Positions 29,712 to 38,221 of a DNA stretch of 64,000 nucleotides are shown here, one piece after another (positions within the stretch are counted from its first letter, which is position 1; each line of letters starts with the position of its first letter). Both the position numbers and the translations under genes were made by a program. The DNA is from an uncultured Verrucomicrobiae bacterium. GTDB taxonomy: Bacteria; Verrucomicrobiota; Verrucomicrobiia; Chthoniobacterales; UBA10450. The DNA is taken from positions 35,898 through 99,897 of the forward strand of contig CAWDGJ010000009.1 of assembly GCA_963801815.1 (NCBI GenBank). The letters are read 5' to 3'. The notes under the pieces are model-generated. The model did no database searches, was not told the DNA's origin, and saw only the letters and a list, made by a program, of their open reading frames with translations.

Positions 29712-30436
29712 AGAAGTGGCGTTACGACTCCGCTCGCGATCTGAACCAGGCTCCGATCGACCGGCTTCGGCAGTTTCCGCGGGAACCCGACATGCTCGTT
29801 TACGGACTGCGGTCGCTCTGCGCGCTGATCATTCGCGGCTTGCTGCGCGTTTACAACCGTTTTGAAATTGTCGGCCACGGAAATCTGCGAACGAACCGCT
29901 CCCTGGTGATCGTGGCGAACCATTGCAGTCACCTCGATACGCTTTGTTTGCTGTCAGCACTTCCGCTGCGAAAACTGCACCGGGCGTTTCCAGTCGCCGC
30001 GTCGGATTATTTTTTCCAAAGCGTACCGCGAATCTGGGCGGCAGCGGTGCTGGTGAACGCGCTGCCGTTTGCCCGGCAAACTCGCGTTCGCCAAAGCCTG
30101 TTGCTTTGCCAGGAACTGCTCACAGGTCCAGGAACGATTCTGATTATTTTTCCAGAAGGCACCAGATCGACAACCGGCGACGTTGATGAATTCAAATCCG
30201 GAATTGGCGCACTGGTCGCGGGCCGTGACGTCGCGGTGGTTCCGTGTTTTATCGACGGATCGTATCGAGCGTGGCCAAAAGGTAAACGCCTGCCGCGGCC
30301 CCGAAAGGTCCGTTTGATTGTGGGCGCGCCGCGAAATTATCGCGAGCGAACCACGGACAAGATCGGCATTTGTGCGATCGCGGCCGAACTCCGCGGTGCC
30401 GTAAATGAATTGCGTGCGACGAATGGAAGCCACTGA
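29708..30436 (+). CDS. lysophospholipid / 1-acylglycerol-3-phosphate acyltransferase
   Basis: NHCSHLD (HxxxxD) and FPEGTRS motifs. Confidence 0.88.
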   Translation: MKKWRYDSARDLNQAPIDRLRQFPREPDMLVYGLRSLCALIIRGLLRVYNRFEIVGHGNLRTNRSLVIVANHCSHLDTLCLLSALPLRKLHRAFPVAASDYFFQSVPRIWAAAVLVNALPFARQTRVRQSLLLCQELLTGPGTILIIFPEGTRSTTGDVDEFKSGIGALVAGRDVAVVPCFIDGSYRAWPKGKRLPRPRKVRLIVGAPRNYRERTTDKIGICAIAAELRGAVNELRATNGSH

Positions 30437-32132
30437 GCAAACTTTCACCAGTTGGGACGGCACCGAGTTGTTTTTTCGGGCATGGATTCCGGCAAGACCA
30501 ACAGCCAAGGCACTCCTCCTATTTCATCGCGGACATGAACATTCCGGACGTTGGCAGGAGACCGTCGATTCGTTAGGCCTTGATGATGCGGCGATTTTTG
30601 CCTGGGATGCTCGTGGTCATGGACGATCGCCGGGCGAACGCGGCACGGCAGACGGCCTTCACGCTGTCATCAAAGATGTAGACGCGTTCGCGCGACACGT
30701 TTCCAAAACCTACGGGATTCCAATCGAAAACATGATCATTCTGGCCCATAGCCTGGCAGCAGTAACGGTGACGGCTTGGGTCCACGATTACGCGCAACCG
30801 ATTCGCGCGATGATTCTCGCCACCGCCGCGTTTCAGGTGAAGCTCTACGTTCCGTTCGCGATTCCCGCGTTACGAATTCTTCGGCCCCGATTCGTGAAGA
30901 GTTATGTGAAGTCGAAAATGCTCACCCACGATCGCAATCAAGCCGCGCGTTACGATTCCGATCCGCTCATCTTCCGGCAAATTGCGGTCAACCTTCTTCT
31001 CGATCTTCACGACACTGCAAAACGGTTGGTCGCTGACGCGGGTGCAATCCAAACGCCCACGCTGATGATCGGCGCGGGAAAAGATTGGGTCGTTAATCTG
31101 AAGGCGCAACAAAAGTTCTTCGACCGGCTTTCTTCAGCGGATAAGCGTTTCGAGATTTTTCCCGGCGCGTATCACGCGATCTTTCACGAAACGAACCGGC
31201 GCGAAGTTCTCGATCTTGTTCGTGAATTCGTGACCGATCGGTTTGCAAAACCCGCAACGGCCTCATCGCTAATGAATGCCGACAAGCACGGTTACACGGC
31301 GCGTGAATATGAACACTTGAAAAACAATGGCAAGGCGAAGTTCGCAGTCGCCCGCACTGGCTTAAAGATCGCCGGGCGATTGAGCCGCGGTATTGAGATT
31401 GGTTCCCATTACGGTTTCGATTCCGGCCTTTCGCTTGATTACGTTTATGAGAACAACCCGCGCGGCGCTGCCGGCATCGGGCGCTTGATCGACAGATCGT
31501 ACCTCAACAGCATTGGATGGCGTGGGATTCGCCGGCGCAAAGCGAATCTTGAAAAGGCGCTTCGGGACTTGATTCTCAAGGTGCATCACGAAAATCGCAG
31601 CGTTCGAATTCTCGATGTCGCGGCCGGCGCGGGCCGTTACGTCATCGAAACAATTGGCGCACTTCCCGAAATTCAAGTCAGCGCGACACTTTGCGATTAC
31701 AATTCGGAAAACGTTGCTGCGGCGCGGGCTTTGGCAGATGCGTCAAATCTTAATGGCGCAATCATCACGCAACGCGCCGACGCGTTCGATCGCGAATCTT
31801 TAAGTAAAATTCAGCCGCGTGCGACGATTGGCATCGTTTCCGGTTTGTACGAATTATTTTCGTCGAACGATGCGGTTTTAAATTCGCTGCGGGGACTGGC
31901 GGGCGCGATTGAGCCCGGCGGTTATCTCATTTACACAAATCAACCGTGGCATCCGCAGCTCGAATTCATTGCCCACGTTTTGCGCAATCATCGGGGCAAG
32001 CGGTGGATTATGCGACGACGAACCACGGCGGAAATCGACGAGCTCGTCCGAACGGCGGGGTTCGCGAAAGTCGACACGGAAATCGACGAGTGGGGGATGT
32101 TCACGGTGTCAGTTGCGCAACGTGGACGTTAA
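30423..32132 (+). CDS. bifunctional alpha/beta hydrolase + class I SAM methyltransferase (YnbC-like)
   Basis: HRGHEH, DARGHG.S, AHSL; GFDSG, LDVAAGAG, SGLYELF, YTNQPWHPQLE. Confidence 0.85.
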   Translation: MEATEQTFTSWDGTELFFRAWIPARPTAKALLLFHRGHEHSGRWQETVDSLGLDDAAIFAWDARGHGRSPGERGTADGLHAVIKDVDAFARHVSKTYGIPIENMIILAHSLAAVTVTAWVHDYAQPIRAMILATAAFQVKLYVPFAIPALRILRPRFVKSYVKSKMLTHDRNQAARYDSDPLIFRQIAVNLLLDLHDTAKRLVADAGAIQTPTLMIGAGKDWVVNLKAQQKFFDRLSSADKRFEIFPGAYHAIFHETNRREVLDLVREFVTDRFAKPATASSLMNADKHGYTAREYEHLKNNGKAKFAVARTGLKIAGRLSRGIEIGSHYGFDSGLSLDYVYENNPRGAAGIGRLIDRSYLNSIGWRGIRRRKANLEKALRDLILKVHHENRSVRILDVAAGAGRYVIETIGALPEIQVSATLCDYNSENVAAARALADASNLNGAIITQRADAFDRESLSKIQPRATIGIVSGLYELFSSNDAVLNSLRGLAGAIEPGGYLIYTNQPWHPQLEFIAHVLRNHRGKRWIMRRRTTAEIDELVRTAGFAKVDTEIDEWGMFTVSVAQRGR

Positions 32133-32736
32133 GCCCAGCAAAGCGCTCACGGTTTCGGCGGGGCTGTCGATCCTGTTTCTAGTCGTTTACGGTGGCTGCA
32201 ATTGGATCACTGCGCGACGCGCTGGCGTCCCAACATTTTACTTCGAATGGGAACGCAGAATTCCGTTTGTGCCGTTTTTCATCCTGCCTTACATGTCGAT
32301 CGATCTCTTCTTCGTTGCCGCGCCTTTTCTTTGCCGGACCAATCGCGAGTTGTCGATCCTCGTCAAACGCATCGCAACGGCAATCATCGTTGCAGGAATT
32401 TGTTTTCTAACTTTTCCATTCCGGTTCGCATTTCCGCGACCACACGCCGGCGGCTGGCTCGGCGCAATCTTCGACTGGTTTCGCGGAATGGATGCGCCCT
32501 ACAATCTACTCCCGTCGCTTCATGCCGCATTGATGTTGATTCTCGCCGGCGTCTATCTTCGACACACTCGCAACGGGCTACGGCTCGCGATTTTTATTTG
32601 GTTCGTTCTGATCGCGCTCTCGCCGGTGCTTACGTATCAACATCACTTGATCGACATCGCCGGGGGATTGGTCCTGGGCGGGTTATGCTTCCTGCTGTTT
32701 CGCAATTTGTCCTCGCCTCTCAAACTGAGAACCTAA
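32122..32736 (+). CDS. PAP2-family membrane phosphatase (YnbD N-terminal-like)
   Basis: WERRIPF, PYMS.D, D.PYN..PSLH, S.VLTYQHH..D. Confidence 0.8.
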   Translation: MDVKPSKALTVSAGLSILFLVVYGGCNWITARRAGVPTFYFEWERRIPFVPFFILPYMSIDLFFVAAPFLCRTNRELSILVKRIATAIIVAGICFLTFPFRFAFPRPHAGGWLGAIFDWFRGMDAPYNLLPSLHAALMLILAGVYLRHTRNGLRLAIFIWFVLIALSPVLTYQHHLIDIAGGLVLGGLCFLLFRNLSSPLKLRT

Positions 32737-32754
32737 TAATCTTTGCTCGCTCTT

Positions 32755-33177
32755 ATGAACTACAACGAACTCATTCAGCTTTTCTTCGAGCGTTCCAACG
32801 CGCTGCAGTCCTATTGGAATCTCTATGTGCTAATCGTGGGCGGACTGCTCGCGTTCTCTTCCATGCGAAAACAACCGGCCGCGATCACAACCCTGCTCGT
32901 GTCCATTTTGTTTGCCCTTTTCGCCTACAAGAACCTCGATGCGATGTACGACACGACGCAACAACGGTTCGCCACTCTGCAGGCGATCAAACAATTCGAT
33001 AGCGGCGGGACTACGCCGACTGCAAAGCCGGTTCGCGATTTAATTGAACCGACGTTGAATCCCGCCACCTACTCAAGCGTACGCATCACGCACGTGACCA
33101 GCGACATTCTGACGATTGCGGCCCTTTGGGCGATGGAGCTGAGAAGGCGAAAATTGAAAAGCGAGCCGGCGACGTAA
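32755..33177 (+). CDS. hypothetical membrane protein
   Basis: 140 aa with several hydrophobic helices. Confidence 0.6.
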   Translation: MNYNELIQLFFERSNALQSYWNLYVLIVGGLLAFSSMRKQPAAITTLLVSILFALFAYKNLDAMYDTTQQRFATLQAIKQFDSGGTTPTAKPVRDLIEPTLNPATYSSVRITHVTSDILTIAALWAMELRRRKLKSEPAT

Positions 33178-33206
33178 TAGTCTGCGACTTGGATCGCAGG
33201 GCTGGT

Positions 33207-33337
33207 GTTGTAGCGGTGCTTACGCTCCCGCTAGTGCAGCAATAATGGACCCGATTTTTGGTTTGCCGCAGAGCGGCATGCTTGTCTCAAGCACCGAGCT
33301 TTGTAAATAGGCGCTTGAGAGCAAGCGCCTCTACAAC
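33207..33337. mobile_element. family A REP doublet carrying a 62 bp insertion (33222-33283)
   Basis: gtagcggtgctt[acgctcccgctagt...ttgccgcagagcggcatgctt]gtctcaagcaccg. Confidence 0.7.
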
Positions 33338-33340
33338 CCT

Positions 33341-34039
33341 ATGGCTTCGATTGCTGAAAATCTTGAGCGTGTGCACGAGCGCGTTTCGCAGGCGGCGGCG
33401 AAATCAGGCCGACCCGTCGATGACGTGCAGTTAGTAGCGATTTCAAAGACACACCCTGCGGAGAAAGTCCGAGAGGCGGTTGAAGCCGGACAGACATTGT
33501 TTGGCGAAAGTCGAGTACAGGAAGCCCGCCTGAAGATTCCCGAACTGCCATCGAATCTGCGTTGGCACTTCGTCGGGCATCTTCAGAAGAACAAAATCCG
33601 GCACGCATTGCCGTTGTTCGAGCTCATTCACAGTGTCGATTCGCTCGCGCTGGCGAATGACATAAATCGCGTCGCGGAAGAGGAAGGACTGCATCCGCGC
33701 GTTTTGATCGAGGTGAACGTGGCGGGTGAGGGGAGCAAGTTTGGCTTTCAGCCGGAGAAGCTGCGCGCCGAAATGGAATCGCTGCTGGCGCTACCGCGAT
33801 TGTCGATCCTGGGTCTGATGTGCATCCCACCGATCGCTGACGACGCTGAAGCGTCGCGGAAATACTTTGTGAACCTGCGCGAGCTCCGCGATCGTTTGCA
33901 AACCGAGTTTCATGTCGATCTTGCGCAATTGTCGATGGGGATGACTCAGGATTACGCGCTGGCGGTGGAGGAAGGCGCGACCCTGGTGAGGGTCGGCACC
34001 GCAATTTTCGGGGAAAGAAGTCGCAGGGAGCGAAAATAG
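33341..34039 (+). CDS. yggS: PLP homeostasis protein (YggS/PROSC family)
   Basis: LVAISKT, FGESRVQE, WHFVGHLQKNK, HSVDS, GLMCIPP, LSMGM, VRVGTAIFG. Confidence 0.93.
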   Translation: MASIAENLERVHERVSQAAAKSGRPVDDVQLVAISKTHPAEKVREAVEAGQTLFGESRVQEARLKIPELPSNLRWHFVGHLQKNKIRHALPLFELIHSVDSLALANDINRVAEEEGLHPRVLIEVNVAGEGSKFGFQPEKLRAEMESLLALPRLSILGLMCIPPIADDAEASRKYFVNLRELRDRLQTEFHVDLAQLSMGMTQDYALAVEEGATLVRVGTAIFGERSRRERK

Positions 34040-34048
34040 CATCCAAGC

Positions 34049-34115
34049 GTTGTAGCGGTGCTTGTTCTCAAGCACCGGACTTTAAAAACAGGCGCTTGAG
34101 ACAAGCGCCTCTACA
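34049..34115. repeat. family A REP doublet
   Basis: gttgtagcggtgcttgttctcaagcaccg ... ggcgcttgagacaagcgcctctaca. Confidence 0.85.
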
Positions 34116-34175
34116 CTACAACCAAGCGCGAGAATTGCTCTCAGGATCCGCAACGTGGTAAGATTGAAATTCCAA

Positions 34176-34490
34176 ATGCGCCTAGAGCCGACGAACATTC
34201 AACAAATAGGGAATGAACTCGCGATCCGCTGGAACGACGGTGCCGAATCGTATCTCGATCTCCAATTTCTGCGCCGCGCCTGCCCATGCGCTGCATGCGG
34301 CGGCGAACCGGACGTGCTCGGAAACATAATGCGTCCAAATATAAGTTATTCTGAAAACAGCTTTGACCTGGCCGGTTTTCAAATTGTCGGCGGCTACGCC
34401 CTTCAAATGAATTGGAGAGACGGTCACAATACGGGCATTTATAGTTTTCAATATTTGCGGCGGATTTCGCAGCCGGTGGCTTCGCAATGA
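34176..34490 (+). CDS. DUF971 (GBBH-like N-terminal) protein
   Basis: I.W.DG, LRRACPCAAC, VGGYA...W.DGH.TGIY. Confidence 0.85.
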   Translation: MRLEPTNIQQIGNELAIRWNDGAESYLDLQFLRRACPCAACGGEPDVLGNIMRPNISYSENSFDLAGFQIVGGYALQMNWRDGHNTGIYSFQYLRRISQPVASQ

Positions 34491-34921
34491 AAACTTCAAT
34501 CCGATTCACAATTGTCAGCGCGAGTGCGTTCCTTTGCGCCATCGGAGTTTTTGTTGCGAATACTGGTTCGGAAAGAGTTTCGAATGACGATTGCGTCTTC
34601 CATTGGGCAGATTCGCGGTCAAGCGATGACGGATATCAATACGCCTCGAGCAATTCGGACCCAAAGCTCACCTTTCAACAACTCGAGGCAATTATCCGCA
34701 AGGATCCGACGGCGAAACAACAGCGTGGCAAAATCGAATTCGGCTCAGTGCGAATGGAGCAGGGGACCGCAATGGCCGAAGTCATGTTCGTGAGTGACGA
34801 TGGGCGCGTGTTACCGATGCTTTACAAGCTTCTCCCGCAGAGAAATTCATGGAAAATCGTGAATGTCCAACGGATGTGGTACGTTCCCCGGTCGCACCTG
34901 CTACGCGGGGTCAGAGCGTAG
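34487..34921 (+). CDS. hypothetical exported protein
   Basis: 144 aa; hydrophobic N-terminus; overlaps the upstream stop. Confidence 0.55.
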   Translation: MKTSIRFTIVSASAFLCAIGVFVANTGSERVSNDDCVFHWADSRSSDDGYQYASSNSDPKLTFQQLEAIIRKDPTAKQQRGKIEFGSVRMEQGTAMAEVMFVSDDGRVLPMLYKLLPQRNSWKIVNVQRMWYVPRSHLLRGVRA

Positions 34922-34960
34922 CTGTCGCGACGATTTACCGCCTCGCCACGGGCGATTGGG

Positions 34961-35914
34961 TTAATCGTCCCTACCTGGAATCGTGATTCGCAAAAGCGTT
35001 GTTCCATCTTCGCGCGGCCGCACTTGCCGGTCTGACAACGAGGCCGGGACAAGAGCGAATTCCCCAGGGCGAAGATCGACATCGACACAACGAACGTTTC
35101 CGGTCAGGCAGCAAACGATTGCGAAGTGACCGACAGGGACGATGATGCGCGGCGCGGCAAGATTCCATTTTTGGATTTCAAAGAGTTGATGCTTTAGAAG
35201 GATTTCGCCATCCGGTTCGATTAAAGCTGGAGCGACGTCGTTGAAATCGATCGACTGCAACGCTTGATCGATGTGAAGCTGTCGTGGTTTACCTGAATCG
35301 TCCGTGCGGTTCCAATCAAACACTCGATAAGTAGTGTCGCTGTTTTGCTGGATCTCGACCAGCACGTTGCCGCCGCCAATTCCGTGAAAACGTCCAGCGG
35401 GCAGAAAAATCGAATCGCCAGGTTTGACTTCAATGCTGTGAACGAGACTGGCGACCGTTCCGGCGCGGACCGCCTGCTCGAATTCCTTGCGCGTCGCCGG
35501 GTGTCGAAGGCCAACGTGCAGTCTCGCGCCAGGAATCGTCGATGCGACGTACCAAAACTCCGTTTTCGGTTCGCCGCCGAGCTTCGCGGCGATTTTCTCG
35601 GGCGGATGCACTTGCAATGAAAGCTGATCATGGGCGTCGAGCAGCTTGACTAACAAAGGAAAGCGCGGCGTGTCTGCCAAATCACCAAAGATCCTTTTCC
35701 GGTCACGCGTCCACAGTTCGTGCAGTGTTCGATCGCGGAAGGGCCCATTTCGGACGACGCTCTGTGCCTCCGGTCGATCAACAATCTCCCACGACTCGCC
35801 AATTGTCGCGGTGGGCGAGGTTCTCTTCCCGAATAGCGACGCCAGGCGGTGTCCACCCCAGATTCGTTCCATGAAAATGGGCTCGAAGGTCAGCGGAGAG
35901 AGAACGGAGGTCAC
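34961..35914 (-). CDS. manA: type I mannose-6-phosphate isomerase (cupin)
   Basis: ERIWGG, GESWE, FPLLVKLLDA, LSLQVHP, KTEFWY, EIQQNSDTTYRVFDW. Confidence 0.88.
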   Translation of the reverse strand: MTSVLSPLTFEPIFMERIWGGHRLASLFGKRTSPTATIGESWEIVDRPEAQSVVRNGPFRDRTLHELWTRDRKRIFGDLADTPRFPLLVKLLDAHDQLSLQVHPPEKIAAKLGGEPKTEFWYVASTIPGARLHVGLRHPATRKEFEQAVRAGTVASLVHSIEVKPGDSIFLPAGRFHGIGGGNVLVEIQQNSDTTYRVFDWNRTDDSGKPRQLHIDQALQSIDFNDVAPALIEPDGEILLKHQLFEIQKWNLAAPRIIVPVGHFAIVCCLTGNVRCVDVDLRPGEFALVPASLSDRQVRPREDGTTLLRITIPGRDD

Positions 35915-36010
35915 AAGTCTGCGATCAAAAGGATGTCAGATTGTAGATTGCAGATTGTCCAATGCAAAAGAGAGTCATCTGACCGCCGACTTCAGACTTC
36001 GGACCTCTGG

Positions 36011-36463
36011 ATGAAACCATTCCTAAAATACTGGCTACCCGTTATGATGTGGCTGGGATTAATATTTATCGGCTCCACCGATATCCTGTCGGCCGAGCAC
36101 ACGTCGCGTTTTCTGGTCCCGTTTTTGCGCTGGTTCGATCCGCAAATTTCGTGGAGAGCGCTCAGTGCCGCACAAACCATAGTCCGCAAATTAGGCCACC
36201 TGACTGAATATGCGATCCTGGCCGCGCTTTTCTGGCGCGCGCTGCGCGGAGCGCACTGGCGTTCGAAGATGTCGTTCTTGTTCGCAGTCGCCTGGAGTGC
36301 CTGCGCGATCTTCGCTGCCACCGATGAATTTCATCAATCGTTTGTGCCTTCACGGACCGCCTCGGCAAAGGACGTTATGATTGACGCGTGCGGAGCGCTG
36401 ATTGGCCTAACGATTTGTGTTGCCCTCGCATCCCGGACGGTTGTTAAAGAGAAGTGTGTTTAA
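36011..36463 (+). CDS. VanZ family membrane protein
   Basis: RKLGHLTEYAIL, ATDEFHQSFVPSR, DV.ID. Confidence 0.88.
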   Translation: MKPFLKYWLPVMMWLGLIFIGSTDILSAEHTSRFLVPFLRWFDPQISWRALSAAQTIVRKLGHLTEYAILAALFWRALRGAHWRSKMSFLFAVAWSACAIFAATDEFHQSFVPSRTASAKDVMIDACGALIGLTICVALASRTVVKEKCV

Positions 36464-37367
36464 TCGAGCCGGCCGGCTTCTCCTTATAACGCTGCTGTTC
36501 CTGAGTTTGAATCGCGCAAGCGGACAAGATTATGCAGCGCGCTTCAAACAATTGGCCGACCAAAAAGCAGACGGCGCGCAGATCGATTCGCTGCTCGATG
36601 AGTGGTGCGCGAAGAATCCAGACGATCCAGACGCCTGGATCACGAGTGCGAATTATTATTTTAACCAATCCGTCGGCCCAACCATCTCGACCAAGCCCGC
36701 GGAGAAAGGCGATTACGGTTTGAAGGACAAGAAAACCGGAAAGAACGCGGGGAGCATTTCTTTCAAGCCAAACGTGGCCAAGACCTCGCATAGCGCAACG
36801 GAGCTCCTTGGGGAAGCAACCAAAAAATTCCCGGATCGTCTCGATATCTGGTGCGGATTGGCATTCATTTACCAGGAAAGCGGCGATTTTGATAACGAGC
36901 TGGCGACGCTAAAAAAGATGGTCGCCTACGCTCGAGCGAATCCGACCGGACTAAAGTGGCTAAAGGGCGCGCGAATTGAGGAGCCGGAGGACAAATACGT
37001 TCCGGAAAAATTGCACGATTACGGCGTTTACTACGAGAAAAAGGAAAATCCAGAGGACGACAAGCGCTGGTTCCAAATTTCGAGTCTGGCAACGGAGGAG
37101 TACCCGAATCACGCGGAGGGCTTCAACGATTCTGCCGGGTACTACGTGGACCTCGGCGATTGGAAAAAAGCGCGCGAAATGCTCGAAAAGGCCCACCAGC
37201 TCGACCCAAAATCCGTTGGACTCTTGATCAATCTCGGCAACGTCGCAGCTGAATTGAACGACTACGCGGGCGCACGAAAGTATTACGAGGACGCTTTAAA
37301 ACAGGAGCCCAACGGCGAATTTTCGCAGGAGGCGAAGCAGGCACTGGCGAAACTAAAGAAGAAGTGA
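36456..37367 (+). CDS. secreted TPR-repeat protein
   Basis: signal peptide; TPR-like helices at the C-terminus (LINLGN..A..YY..AL...P). Confidence 0.75.
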   Translation: MFNRAGRLLLITLLFLSLNRASGQDYAARFKQLADQKADGAQIDSLLDEWCAKNPDDPDAWITSANYYFNQSVGPTISTKPAEKGDYGLKDKKTGKNAGSISFKPNVAKTSHSATELLGEATKKFPDRLDIWCGLAFIYQESGDFDNELATLKKMVAYARANPTGLKWLKGARIEEPEDKYVPEKLHDYGVYYEKKENPEDDKRWFQISSLATEEYPNHAEGFNDSAGYYVDLGDWKKAREMLEKAHQLDPKSVGLLINLGNVAAELNDYAGARKYYEDALKQEPNGEFSQEAKQALAKLKKK

Positions 37368-37375
37368 CGAGGAAA

Positions 37376-37452
37376 TGGTGGGCCTGACTGGGCTCGAACC
37401 AGTGACCCTGCGCTTATCAAGCGCATGCTCTAACCAACTGAGCTACAGGCCC
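37376..37452 (-). tRNA. tRNA-Ile(GAT)
   Basis: GGGCCTGTAGCTCAGTTGGTTAGAGCATGCGCTTGATAAGCGCAGGGTCACTGGTTCGAGCCCAGTCAGGCCCACCA; cloverleaf with encoded CCA. Confidence 0.97.
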
Positions 37453-37602
37453 AAAATTTAGCGAGTTAACGATTTAGCGATTTAGCGACTGGCTGCAAAT
37501 GAATTCGTTAAATGTCGGATAAGACCGCAAGAACTAAAGCTCAAATAGCACAATACAGTTTCTTGACGGCGTTCTAGTTACTACGCAGACTCCACGCCCG
37601 TA

Positions 37603-37788
37603 ATGCTTAGTCCCAGGCACAACAGAATTACCACGTCGAAGAAGAAAGTCGGCGAGAAAAAGTCGCGCAAGGGAGTTCGAGATTTGTCCCCTCGAAAGGA
37701 CGCGAAAGGCGGTGGCATTCCTAAAACATCGCCCGTTTCGCTTCCTATTCCGCCGAAGGGATTCATCGCTGACACGCCGCAAACATAG
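37603..37788 (+). CDS. small basic peptide with a possible double-glycine motif
   Basis: ...SKKKVGEKKSRKGVRDLSPRKDAKGG-GIPKTSPVSLPIPPKGFIADTPQT; start uncertain. Confidence 0.4.
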   Translation: MLSPRHNRITTSKKKVGEKKSRKGVRDLSPRKDAKGGGIPKTSPVSLPIPPKGFIADTPQT

Positions 37789-37877
37789 CGGCTGCAGCGG
37801 TTAGGATCGGCGAACAGTTAGCGAGTTAATGACTGTTCGCCGCTGGCATTCGTTAAATCTCTGAATCGCTAAATACC

Positions 37878-38113
37878 TTGGAGGCAAGGGGATTGATTCC
37901 CATCTATCCGAGAGTGATCCCTGTATCGTTGGATTTTGCCTTCACGCTTCGTCGAAGCTTTGGAGGCAAGGGGATTATCCAACGCTTCGCGTTGGCTCCA
38001 GCCAGAGAGCTTCGCTCTTAACCCTGCGCTCCGCGCCCCGCCGGTCGAACAAGATTCTCATCCCCTCAACAGTTCGGGAATTCGCTTCGCGAATTTTTGG
38101 AGGCAAGGGGATT
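37878..38113 (-). repeat. three copies of the tRNA-Ala 3' end (17 bp)
   Basis: ttggaggcaaggggatt at 37878, 37960 and 38097 (the last overlaps the tRNA). Confidence 0.85.
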
Positions 38114-38170
38114 CGAACCCCTGACTTCCAGCTTGCAAAGCTGGCGCTCTACCAACTGAGCTATGCCCCC
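38098..38170 (-). tRNA. tRNA-Ala(TGC)
   Basis: GGGGGCATAGCTCAGTTGGTAGAGCGCCAGCTTTGCAAGCTGGAAGTCAGGGGTTCGAATCCCCTTGCCTCCA; 3' CCA tail not encoded after the discriminator. Confidence 0.96.
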
Positions 38171-38221
38171 GACAAGAACTGCGGAATGTAGATTGCGAAC
38201 TGCGGATTGCAATCGCATGCC

